This document shows, in pieces, positions 24,440-35,656 of a stretch of 64,000 nt of DNA. The translations under genes were made by a program, and so were the position numbers. The notes under the pieces are model-generated. The model was not told the origin of the DNA. It made no database searches and saw only the letters and a program-made list of their open reading frames with translations. Source of the DNA: Lama guanicoe (taxonomy: Eukaryota). Where the stretch lies: positions 4,070,167 through 4,134,166 of the forward strand of contig MU054001.1 in the NCBI GenBank assembly GCA_013239625.1. The letters run 5' to 3'. Numbering within the stretch: position 1 is the first letter of the stretch; each line of letters opens with the position of its first letter.

Positions 24440-24715
24440 TCATGGCCGCTTAGGTGGACCAAAAGAGAAAAGAATTTCGTTCCGCCCGCTTATCTCCTAA
24501 CCTTATAAACTCAGGATTAGCAGATCAAAGGCGGATTTGGCACAGCTGAGGGACAACAGTGGCTTCAGAGAATAGTTTGGGCTCCATCCTTCATGATCAA
24601 ATGAGCTTAAGTCATTGATAAATAAACAGCGTTTTGAATTCCTCTAATTGGGCGTGCGGGTCATGCCTGAGCCGCACCAGCCTGGCCATCCGGGCAGAGT
24701 TAATGAGCTAGAGAG
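24440..24715. promoter_or_regulatory. Candidate enhancer (TCF, GATA, OTX/PITX motifs)
   Basis: AGATCAAAGG 24522-24531, GGATTA 24514, CTTATCT 24489; locally CpG-retaining. Confidence 0.55.
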
Positions 24716-25289
24716 GGCCGTAGGGGAAGCCAGATGGTGACCACGAGGCAGGGTTCCAGGGAGCCCCCAGGATACAGGCAGGGGTCCCAGGACTGTTCTC
24801 CTCAACAAGCCCCAGAGTTAAGGGCATGCGCTGTGGGGCCCGGAGAAATGAGTTCAAGCTCCCAGCACTGACACCAAAGAGCTAGGTGCTCGAGCCTGGG
24901 CGAGGGTCAAGGGGGTGTCCCGTGACCTCTCATCACCTCCATTTCCTCAGCTGTAAGATGGAGAAATGATCCACTTAACAACCACCCCATACTGAGGGAG
25001 GTACCACTCAACCCAGAGCCCTGTGCACGGCTAGAGACCAGCCCTGGGGGGCATCTATAGCAAGGGGTGGGGCGCGGAGTCTGAGCACAAGGCCAAGGCT
25101 AGAGCCTGTTCCCCCACTGCCTGGCTGAGACACTTCATTACCCTCTGCCCATGCTTCCTTGTCTGTAAAAGGCTTATTGTGGGGTGAAGAGGAGTTACTG
25201 CATGTAAGCACCTGGTGAGCATGTAAGCAGTGTTTGCTGCTACATCAATGCTGTGTCCTCAGTGATACTGATGACCTTGAGCCTGTGGA

Positions 25290-25740
25290 TCCCAGATCCC
25301 ATACGTGCTCCATATCACAGGAACTACATTTCCCAGACTCCTTTGCCACCTGATTTCTGGGTTGGTTTGGCCAGTGGGAGGCACTGCAGAGAGTGAGAGG
25401 AGGGAAAAGCCAAGGTATTTCTTCCCTCTTCCCCCATCTCTGTGTTTCCTATGGTGTCTCCAATGGAGACTGTGCTGGGCCTCTGATCCCCCGCCACCAG
25501 ATAGCCCCTGCCCAGATTCTAGCTCCTGCCCCAGCTCCCAGGCCCTGATAACCCCGCCTCCTCTCTCTGCCTCCAACCCTGGGGTGGCAGTAGCTTCCTG
25601 CTGTTGCTGGACTCCTGGCTTTCTTATCTTTCTCTGTTTAGCTTCTCAGCTCTTACATCTCTTATGTCCCTCTATCCATCAACTCCCTCTATTGAATTCT
25701 CTCTCTTGTTGAAAGACCCGGAAAGATTTCTGACTGGTAT
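25290..25740 (+). mobile_element. LTR33-like ERVL LTR
   Basis: actacatttcccagactcctttgcc...ggtttggccagtgggaggcactg...ggtatttcttccc. Confidence 0.7.
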
Positions 25741-26349
25741 GGACCTTGGTCATCTGTGCAGAGATAATTCAGCAACTGCTCTGAGCTGGAACCTAAGTGT
25801 GAGACATTTCAAAGAAGGCCCTGCCTCCCACTCAGCTTGATGCCCCCATAAGCTGGCCTGTAACCAATCTGCCAAATGGAAAAGAGGGCTCACATGACCG
25901 GCAGTGAGGAATCAGGTCCATCTGATTACTAAGCACCTTCGTATCCATGAGAGCTTATGAGTGGAGCTTGAATGACTGGTCCTGTTGACAAATAGGCAGA
26001 TGGATGTCCCTGGAGATAAGATAATGGAATATCATGAGCTAGAACAAGGGAGCCCTGGAATAGAGTCAGTGCCCTGGGGGCTGCCCCCCAGGCACCAGGT
26101 GACCTTGAGTAAGTGCCCTCCTCTGTCTGGGCTTCAGTTTCTCCATCTGAGAAATGAATAGCTTAAAAGAGGTGATCTCCATGGTTCCTCCCATTTCCAC
26201 ATTTTGTAGCTTCTGATTATTCATCAAAAGGAAAGAGTACAGGAAAAACACCTCCGAGCTGTGGGGTTTGGCACTTAACCTAAAGAAGCTACCAGGTCAG
26301 GACTCAAAAATGAGCAGAGCGTGCTCCTTTGTTTCAGGCAGGCTTGAGT

Positions 26350-26620
26350 GGAGCAAGTCACTCTCCTCTCAGAGCCTCAATTTCCCCATAACAAAAGTGA
26401 GGTCCATAACAATACCCATCCCTAAAGTGTTGTGTGGATTTAAAAAGATGATATGGTGTCCGGGTAGAGATCAGTGGTAGAGCTCATGCTTAGCATGTAC
26501 GAAGTCCTAGGTTCAATCCCTAGTACCTCCATCAAAATAAATAAGTAAAACTTAAAATAATAAAAAATGATGTGCACAAAAATACTTAGCAAAGAGTAAG
26601 CACTCAGTAAATGCTAACCA
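26350..26620 (+). mobile_element. MIR SINE interrupted by a camelid SINE
   Basis: gcaagtcactctcctctcagagcctcaatttcccca...|...aatacttagc...gtaagcactcagtaaatgcta. Confidence 0.7.
26458..26561 (+). mobile_element. tRNA-derived camelid SINE (Vic-1-like)
   Basis: gatcagtggtagagctcatgcttagcatgtacgaagtcctaggttcaatccctagtacctcc plus A-rich tail; degenerate TSD aaaaagatgatatg / aaaaaatgatgtg. Confidence 0.85.
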
Positions 26621-28027
26621 CGCTGCAGCTGAAACTTAGTTGAAAGCAAGGTGGGGTGGGAACATGGAAATTTGACAGGAAAAGATGTTAATTACCTAGG
26701 ATTCACTGACAATCTACCCTGAAATGGACACTGCTGGGGACACTGCCCAGGAGGAAGCTTGGGGTGATGAAAGCTGGGCACCCCCAGCAGCCAGATTGTT
26801 TTGCAGCCACAGAGGAAGTTCAAAAGGCTGACAAAGGTTACATCCTCTCACACAGATTCTCAGAAACGTGCTTGTCCCCATCCCTTGGGTTTAGCCTTCC
26901 CAGAGCCGACATCTGGGAAGGGAGGGAGGGAACTCCCGGTGGAAGGTGGCCACACAGGTGTTGGAGATGACCAGCTGCTTTAGTTGGCTGCACAACAGCC
27001 TGGAGTGATGAGACCCCAGCCTCACCCTCAGGGGAGTCTTGGCTTAGGCCAGTGCGCCCTGTGCTGGGCACGGATTGCGTTAGCATTGCCTATGACCACC
27101 CAGCTAGGGAGGGGGTCCTGGGGTGAGGGGAATGGACAGGTGGGTGACCAGCCTGCTTCTTTCAAGCTCCCAGCTCACTCACATGCTCTGGCTAAAAATA
27201 ATACCTCCCCAGGAGACCTGCTGCTGCTGGCATGGCCGGACCATGCATAAAACATGGGCCGGTCGGGTTTCCTCCTCTGAATGGCTTCATTCAGAGAATG
27301 CAGGGGTGAAAGGTTTATGGGAGGGATCGCTTGGCTTCCTGGAGGGACTGAGCGCCCCAGTCTCCACTGGGGCCCCCAGCCTCCCCGCTCTGTGCCTGGC
27401 ACCTTGGCCCCTGCCCTTTGGCAGCCTACGCAGAGGGTCCCCAGGCTGGGAGCAGCTCCCTTCTGATATCTTCCAAGGCCTTTTTCTAGACCCCCTTAAT
27501 GGAGACAGAGGAACTGTCCTGGCAGGAGCTAGACAGCCCTGGGTTTGAATCCTGCTTCTTCCACACTCCAGCCCTGTCCAAGTATTTGCATGCGCCTCAC
27601 CTGGCAGGTAAGGAAATTTGCTCAGAGAGGTTGAGTGAGTTGCACGAAGACACACAGCCAGCTGTCTGACTCATAGTCAGTTATTGCTGGGCCCTTCAGT
27701 CATGGTCCAAGGGCGGAATGGTTCGATGGAATGAGTCATGGAGGAAAGAAACATCCAGGGGCGGCTTGTCTGAGCTCTGTGATTCCTGAAAGGGATGGAG
27801 TCAGGGCCTTCCCACAAAAATGGTTCCCTCTCTCCTTTTTCCCTCCCTCTCTCTCTTCTTTTCTTTAATTCATTTTTTCTTTCTTTATTTCCTCTTTATT
27901 CACTCAAGAAACATTTCCTAATATATCTTTTCTTAATCATAAAAACATAGGCTCATAATTTTTTTTAAAGTTTCTAGAAAAGTAGAGTTAAAACAATAAA
28001 AATTTCCCATAATCCTTCTGTTCCAAA

Positions 28028-28530
28028 TATCTATCACTACATAACAAACCACCCCAAGTTACTGGCAGAGAACAGCCCGGTTAGGAATTTGGCAGGGTAC
28101 AGGGGGGATGACTTGTCTCTGCTCTGTGATGTCTGAAGCCTCAAACAGCTAAGGACTGGAATTATCTAGAAGCTTCTGCATTCACACAGGCTCCTGGGCT
28201 GGGATGAATCAGCTGAGACCATTGACCCAAGTGCCTACTTGTGACCTCTCCATGTGGCTCAGCCTTCCTCACAATATGGCAGCCTTGGGGTAGCTGTAAT
28301 TCTTTCTTATCTAGAGGCTCGGGGCTCCAAGAGAGAAGGTTCTAGAAAGTAAAGGGAAACTCCATGGCCTTTTATGACCCAGCCTTGGAAGTTACATAGT
28401 GTCACTTCTGCCCTAGTCATTTGGTCAAAGCAATCACTAGCCCACCCAGAATCAAGGCGGAGAAACAAGTTATTTTCAAAGGGAGGAGGGTCAAAGGATT
28501 TGAGGCCATGGTTTAAAATCACCACACCCT
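28028..28530 (-). mobile_element. MLT1 (F/G/H-like) MaLR LTR
   Basis: cataacaaaccaccccaag...cctctccatgtggct...gcctttTatgacccagccttggaagttacatagtgtcacttctgcc. Confidence 0.75.
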
Positions 28531-28817
28531 TACTCCGAGATACCAAACACTGACGTCATGGTGCATTTATTTCCTTCTGGGTACTTTGTCGTGTGTAGGT
28601 GAGTTAACACTGCGCAAACAATTTTGTAACCTAATTTCTTTTTTCAATTTAACATTGGATTATGGGCATGTTCCCCTGCCTTTAAAAACTCTTTATGAAC
28701 AGTATAATTTTTCAGGCTCTTAAGCAAATGCGTGTTCGTGGTGAAATGTTTTTAATTATGAAAGGCCTAAAAAAGAAATTAAAATAATTACTCTCTCACC
28801 TACTACACATGCAGTTT

Positions 28818-29184
28818 TGGCTTAGTCTGTTCCGGTCTCTATAAAAAAAAAAAAAAAAACACTGCCTAGGTAGCTTACAAACAACAGAATTTTATTAGTT
28901 ACAGTTCTGGGGCTGGTAAGTCCAAGATCAAGGAGCCAGCATGGTCCCCTTCTGGGGAGGCTTGCATCCTGGTTCATAGCCCGCATCTTCTGACTGTGTC
29001 CCCACCTGACGGGAGGGGCAAGGGCTCTCTCTGGGGCCTCTCTTAAAAGGCATTAATCCCATTCGCAAGGCCTCCACGCTCATGACTTCAGCATCTCCCA
29101 AAGATCCGGCTCCTACTACTATCGACCTTTGGGGGTTAGGATTCCAAATTTACCGATTTTAGAGGGATACATTCAGGCCATAGA
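28818..29184 (-). mobile_element. MLT1A-like MaLR LTR
   Basis: acagttctggggctggtaagtccaagatcaagg...ggcattaatcccattc...acattcaggccatag. Confidence 0.85.
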
Positions 29185-29262
29185 AAGTTTTAATCCTGAC
29201 TTTTTTTTTTCAATTAACATCGTAGAATAACTAAGTTCCCCCATCATTCTTCCACAGCATCA

Positions 29263-29408
29263 TTTTTTTAAAATTTAATTTAATTTATTTATTTGTAGGG
29301 AGGAAGTAATTAGATTTACTTATTTATTTTGATGGAGATACTGGAGATTGAACCCAGGACCTCATGCATGCCAGGTGTGTGCTCTACCACTGAGCTATAC
29401 CCTCCCCC
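29263..29408 (-). mobile_element. tRNA-derived camelid SINE (Vic-1-like)
   Basis: Minus strand ggggagggtatagctcagtggtagagcacacacctggcatgcatgaggtcctgggttcaatctccagt; TSD CACAGCATC(A/G) at 29253 and 29411. Confidence 0.9.
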
Positions 29409-29539
29409 TTCACAGCATCGTTTTTAATGGCTCCTTCTCATTCCATTGTCATCTAGAATGGACTTAAAAGATCCCCACTGGTGGATTCTGAAGCTGCTTC
29501 CAAATTAGCACTATTGCAAAGATCAACTTTGGCATTTCA

Positions 29540-29872
29540 GGCACTAACCATGTACCAGGCACTGTGATGGGTCCATTACAAATGTCTTCTCCACAGCCCT
29601 GCGATCATTACTCCCATATTACAGCTATTAGGAATAATAAGACCTAGTATTTACTGAGCACCTGCTACGGGCCCAGCATTTTGCTGAGTGCTTTATGTGA
29701 GTAACTCACTTAAATCCTCAGTACAACTTACAAGTTAGGTGCCCTCCTTCTCACCACAGACGAGGAAACTAAGGTACAGAGAGGTTAGTAACTCACCCCT
29801 ATGGTGCCACAGCTAGTAGTAACTGGCAGAACTTGGACCCAAACCAGGTCTAAAAGCAGTGCGCTGAACCAC
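29540..29872 (-). mobile_element. Two MIR SINE fragments
   Basis: atttactgagcacctgctacgggcccagc...cagacgaggaaactaaggtacagagaggttagtaact. Confidence 0.8.
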
Positions 29873-30199
29873 CAGGGGCATCAGGACCGGCTTCTGCCTG
29901 GGAGGAGCCTGCCCTGAGTGAGGAGGAGAGAGGGTCGGAGCCCCCGCTTCCCTGGTGCCGAAGGAGAGGATGCAGACTTGACTTGCCCGTTCCTGGGCAT
30001 CTGGAAAGAGGCCGAGAAGTGTGAGCACATGGAGGGCTGTGTCCAGCTCAGAGCTTTCTCGGCCTTTGGTGGCTTTTAGGGTCAAGAGTCAGACCTGCCG
30101 GGAAGTGAGCTTGACTGGGACAGGCTCAATTGTTTCTCTCGGCTACCCAGGAGCTTGGGGATGTGACATTTGCTTCCAAGACCCTCCCAGCAGCCCACC

Positions 30200-30930
30200 C
30201 TACATACACCATAGCAGCAAGGTTTTTCCAGCCCACCCACTCCTTTCCAGCCACATTGTCACCATCCTGGTGCAAGCTCCCACCTTTCCTCGCCCAGACC
30301 ACTGTAAAGTTCTCCTAGCTAGCCTCCCTGCTGCCCCTCCTGGCCCTCCGTGCCCCGTGTTCCATGTGTCAGCCCGGTGATCTTTATTAAAATACTGATC
30401 TCATCAGGTCACCACCTGGTTAAAACATTTTAATGCTTCCTGTTGCTCTTAGGTGAAATGCCAAGCTCCTAAACGTGGCCTAAAAAGCACCCCAAGACCT
30501 GGCCCCTGCCCAGTCTCCAGCACCATCTCCCAGTCCCTGTCCCTCTGCCCCCCAGCTGTGTTGGCCTCAGGTCGTTGGCTCATTAACGCAGATTAAGCCC
30601 CAAGGTCCTGAAGCTCGTGAAGCTTCCTCCCAGCACCAGGCCTTTGCACGTGCTGTTTCCTCTACCAAAAACGCTTGTCCCTCCCACCTCTACCCTCATA
30701 ACTTCCTCATTGTTCAGGTCTCAGCTAAGCACCTCTAAAGTCCTCTGGAGTGACTTTCCCTGTCTTTCCATTTGGTGAAAACCTCCTACCATAGACCCAG
30801 TTCTAATGTCACATGTGCTGTTTCCCATCACCCCCCGGACTGTAAGCTGTAGGAGGGCAGGGACCACGTCTGCTCTACTCCTCTGTGTACCCCTAGCAGG
30901 GCCTGGTAGGTGCTCTCGGTCGGCAGTTAC
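30200..30930 (+). mobile_element. L2 LINE 3' portion
   Basis: caccatcctggtgcaagct...ggcctttgcacgtgctgtttcc...gactgtaagctgtaggagggcagggaccacgtctg. Confidence 0.8.
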
Positions 30931-31739
30931 ATCGATGTTTGACTTTCAAGAACAGCTAACAGCTGCGGAGCCCCAGGGATGCGCCACGCTCAGTTCTCTT
31001 GGCTTACATTAACCCGTTTAACCCTCCCACGTGAAGTATTGTCCTTACAATCCCGTGGAGCACAAGAGGGGCCCAGAGTTCGCAAGCTGCCGAGGTGAGG
31101 CGTAGCAGCAGAATTGGTAAGGTGTGGCTTTAGGGCAGGGATGGACACTGAGCCCAGCCCCAGAAGGCAGGCAGCTCAGGGCTCAGCTGTGTGTGGAGAC
31201 CCAGCGCCACCTGCCCCCAGCCAGCCAGCCACTGGAGCCAGGTGACCAACAGCTTTGACAACATGACCGTGGGGCCAGGGCGGCTGACCCACCAGGAAAG
31301 ACATCAGCCCACACATAGGACGAGCCCTTTTTGTTTGCTTTGTATCTGGTTCCCACTCGGCAGCGCCAGACAGGGGCTGCCAGGGCTGAGTTTTTTTTAT
31401 CTAATGGTTAAAATTCTTAGAAGTATTATGCTCTGCTTTGCTTGGCAGTGTCGCAGAACATACCTCTGATGGGGCAGGTAACTGGATAGGGTCTTGGTCA
31501 CAGCAATTTGCTGAACACAGGGTTTTGTGCACAAAAAACACATTACGGTACTCGGGGGTGTCACTCAGAACACTGCCAGCCATGGTTGGAATTTTGTGTA
31601 TCAGAGAGGAGGGTGCAGGGTGCGGGGCCCAAAAGAGGGAAACTTGCATGTAGAAGCCCTCAAGGGCTCAGTGAAAAGGACCCCAGGACTCACCCTAACA
31701 TTAACACTCAGCCTGGGCCCAAGGGTGAGAACACAAGCT

Positions 31740-32225
31740 TGATGTCAGATGGGCCAGGGGTTAGGTCCAGCCTCAATGTCCTGGCTGTGTGACCTTGTAA
31801 AAGACAATCAACCTCTCTGAGCCTCCATTTCTTCAAATGTAAAATGAACAAAATCAGAGGATTTACCTTCTAGGGGTCCTGCAAAATGCACACATGGTAT
31901 CAATTCTGTTTGGTCCCTGCTGTATCCTCCAGGCCTAGAGCAGTGCCTGGCACATAGTAGGAACTCCATACATATTTGTTGGGTAGACTTGAATTGCTCA
32001 CAGGTGTATCCCCACTACCTGGAACAGCACATGGCATACAGTAATCAGTGCTGAATTATGTCTCTTGAATTGGCTTACTTGTTCGTAGCTATCCCCAAAT
32101 ACCAGGCCCAACACACGGCACACAATACATGCTCAAAAGTGTTTGCTTTTTTTTTAATGAGGGCACATAAAGCATTTGGCATAGGATACAGGATATAGCA
32201 CTTAATTTATGTTAGCTATTATTCT
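31740..32225 (+). mobile_element. MIR interrupted by three tandem L2 3'-end fragments
   Basis: MIR core 31780-31860; three units resembling tgtatcc...gcctggcacatagtagg...tatttgttg at ~31905-32150; MIR tail ~32160-32225. Confidence 0.65.
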
Positions 32226-32254
32226 TTGTTCACTCCACAAATACTCATCGGGGT

Positions 32255-32981
32255 GGTCTGTACGTAGTTGTTTTTGACACCAGTTCTCTGATTCTCCCAC
32301 ACCGAGTAGGTGTCCAACAATTCAATTTAATTCTGGCACTAACTACTTGAGCTGCCATCAGGATTCACAAGTTTAGGGCTCAGTCCCGTGAGACTTCCCT
32401 CACCTCGGACATCAGCCTCAAACAGGGTCCGCAGGTGACCCGCTTCTGCCCAGGCAACTGCAAATTCAGGGATTCTCTTGACTGCCCCCTCGGGTTCTGT
32501 AGTTCACTAGAGTGACTCAGAACCCAGGAGAGGGCTTTAGTTAGGATTACTGGCCTATTATAAAGGTTGCAACTCCGGAAGAGCCAAATGGAAGACAGGG
32601 TGAACAGGGTGAGGTGTCGGGGTGGGGGAGGCACCGAGCTTCCCGGCCTCTCCCGGCTCACCCACCCACCCCAAAGCTCTCAGAGAGTCTTGGTTCAATA
32701 GTGTCTATAACCCAATCTTCAGCCCTTCCCCAGATGTTAGGGGTAGGGCTGACAATTCCCATCTCTAATCACTACTTGGTCTTTCTGGTGACAAGCCCCC
32801 ATCTGGAAGCTTTCTAGGGGCCCACCCTGAGTCACCTCATTAGCATAAACTCCAGTGTGGTCGCAAGGGCTAATTAGGAATAACAAAAGACACTCATCAC
32901 TCAGGAAAAAACAAGGGTTTTTTTAGGAACTCCATGACAGGAACCAGAGACAAAGACTGAATATATTCCTTATTATAACAC
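32255..32981 (-). mobile_element. MER21-like LTR
   Basis: ggtgtccaacaattcaatttaattctggcactaactac...gagtcacctcattagcataaactc...tcactcaggaaa...agagacaaagac. Confidence 0.75.
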
Positions 32982-33181
32982 AGCCTGGTACACACATGGC
33001 ACCATCTGGGCACTGGGCGAACAAGCTCGACAGAGCCCTCGCCTCTTATAGCTCACGGCCATCAGCTACGATCCCCAATTCCCACCTGACCCCAGCGCTT
33101 CACATCAATGGCAAGTCTTTGCCAAGGCCCAGCCCAGCAATGACACTGAAGAAGGGACAAGAGAAAGAGATCTGCCCACTG

Positions 33182-33713
33182 TGTTCCTGAACTCAGGTTC
33201 AGCTGCTCATTGCTCAAAAGCCAATAATTTGAGAGGCAGATGTCAGGAGAAAGGGAAGGGTTTTTCATCAGAAGAACTGGCAGTCTGGGGAGAAGGTGGA
33301 CTCATGTCCAGAGACCAACGCTGATGAGTCTGCTCAGCCATGACAGTTTTTAAAGGGGAAAGTGGGGGGAAGAATCTGAGTGAATCATTGAGGCAGGAGG
33401 TTGGTTTCTGCATCCTTCTCCATTGTGTGCAGGCTGGCTGTCTCTCTGGCCACGTGATCTGCTTGTAGGATTGCTAAGGGGGCTGTTGGGGGTAGAGACT
33501 TAATCATTCTTTCCCTGCTAAACTCTTCATTCTTATTTCTTTTAATCTAGGAAAAGAATCAACAGGGTAGGCAAGGCGTGGTGTGCACTTAAGAGAGCCT
33601 AAGTCAGGAGTGAGGTTGAATTGCCAAGTGATCTCATTCCTATAATTAGGTTCTTTCAAGGTTAGTGGCGAACAGAGCTGGGCAAGCAGGAAAGGGGCAA
33701 AAGAGCTGTTTCA
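33182..33713 (-). mobile_element. ERV1-class solo LTR (MER41-like lineage)
   Basis: TG...CA termini (tgttcctgaa...ctgtttca); near-TSD ACTG/CCTG. Confidence 0.7.
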
Positions 33714-34159
33714 CCTGCCCTTGATGGGCTCAGCTGCTCCCCTTGGCTGGACAGAAAAGACTGATGCAAAGAGAACCATTAGGAGAGCAGAGAAGAAAAC
33801 AGAAAAAGGCAGAGCATGGACGGTGCCAGGACAGAATCTCTCCGAGAATCAGAAGATCAGCCTGGGTCCTGGGATGGGCTGCAGGCCCCACAGTGCTGGG
33901 CAGTCTCCAGGAAACCCATAGAAAGTAAATGTATCTTGTTACCGGGGCAGTTGCCATGGTGTGGTGTCACGCTGACATTTTTGTGCTTTTATTGAAAAGA
34001 AAGAACTGCAAACACTATGGGCATAACCAGCATGTTCCCAGAAACTGCGGGCAAAAAGAAATGTTGGGGGAGGGTGGGGGTGACAGAGAAAGAAACAGAC
34101 AGAGAGAAAGAGAAAAAGAGAGACACAGAGATGTCGGCTCCCTCCCCGCCCCCTACCCC

Positions 34160-34163
34160 AACA

Positions 34164-34206
<43 letters not shown>
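34160..34206. repeat. (CA)n microsatellite
   Basis: Direct. Confidence 0.95.
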
Positions 34207-34210
<4 letters not shown>

Positions 34211-34274
34211 AGTTGAGTTCTTTGGGAAGCAGAGCTGAGAGGAAGTTAGAAACACAAAATCTTTATTAGGGCCA

Positions 34275-34518
34275 ACAAGCCCACGAAAAGATGTTCAATA
34301 GCATTGGGCTTCAGGGAAATGCAAATCAAAACCACGATGAGATACCACTTCACCCACTAAAATGGCCACACTGAAAAAGACCAAAAGTAACAAGTGCTAG
34401 CAGGGATGTGCACTCCTGGTGGGAAGGTGAAAGAGTGCAGCATCCCCATGGGGAACAGTCTGGCCGTTCCTCAAAAGATCAGCCATCCAGTAACCACATG
34501 ACCCAGTAATCCTACTCC
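34275..34518 (+). mobile_element. L1 ORF2 C-terminal fragment
   Basis: cagggaaatgcaaatcaaaaccacgatgagataccacttcaccc encodes REMQIKTTMRYHFT. Confidence 0.85.
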
Positions 34519-35656
34519 TGTGGTGGTGCAGAGGCCTCTACCTTGTAAGGCCGGGTTTACTCCTACCTCTCCCCCTGGCCACCACCAATACCTAGGGTCC
34601 AGCCACAACCTGGCCATAGTGCTCGGCTTGCTAAGGAAGGGAAAGGACTATACCTCGAAGGAACTGCGAGATCTCATCCACCTGCCAATACTGGCAGGAG
34701 CCGGGAGGATGTAATGGAATCAGACCCTGAGGGCTCTGACCTGAGAGGGACAGGCTACCAAGCTGGATAAAGGAGAGTGTATTGATATTACGCACCCTCC
34801 CATGATGATTTAAAACCCTAGCCAGGACCTGAGGGGGTGGTACTTACATGTTCCAAGAATGCATCTTGTAAACTTGGAGAAAGTGATAGGCCACACAAAG
34901 TGGAGCAAATAATTCCAAAGCTGTCACGACAGATGGTAGAGGAGGGAATCAGAACGCTCACAGACTTTGGCATCCTAGAGTGGATATACTATATAAGGCC
35001 AAAATACCTACCAGCTGGCAAGTACCATGGAAAACCCAGAGGACACTCCATTTACCAATGCAGTAAGGAATAATGTTGGGAGGTGGCACCAGCATCATTA
35101 AGATGCTCACTGGTGGCAGACCTATAATAGAACCTACACAGATCCTGTATAGAAGGTGCTGTGATAGACCGGACTCCCTCACAGCGATGAACATGATAGG
35201 ATCCTGAATAGGGGCTTAACCGTCAGAAATAGAATGAGTGCAATTATCGTAATGAAAAGTAAAACTGACATGGCAACCAGGGGGCATGATCCAAAGAAAG
35301 ATTATGGAAATTTTTAACAGAGTAAGACACCCCTAGGGGCAAGATAGATGAGCAACTAACAGGTAATGCTCCCATACAACCAAAAGAGATCAAGGATGGA
35401 TTATCATAGGACCAAGTGTGGCCATCCTAATAAAGTCACAATTCCTTGGCCAGTTTCTGGAACTGAGCCAGTTCGCAGACCCAGAAACCACTGACTAAAG
35501 GAGAAGCCAGGGTTCCATGGGGAAGAGTCTTCAATGTCATGGCAAGTGTATATGGTAATAATTGCCCCAGTTTTTCTCCAAAGGGATCTACAGTCATTTA
35601 CATGGATAACCGTACACTGAAGAAAGAGGAAGACTCGTACATTTCAGTGACTTTCA

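Noticed and set aside
23895..24500. 182-aa ORF and overlapping Glu/Gly-rich short ORFs
   Set aside because: Compositional artefacts, partly in a MIR; no convincing splice or domain support.
29868..29883. CCACCAGGGGCATC and CCCGTAGGGGGCCTC (~10815) as CTCF sites
   Set aside because: Weaker matches at the edge of or inside repeats; not supportable without data.
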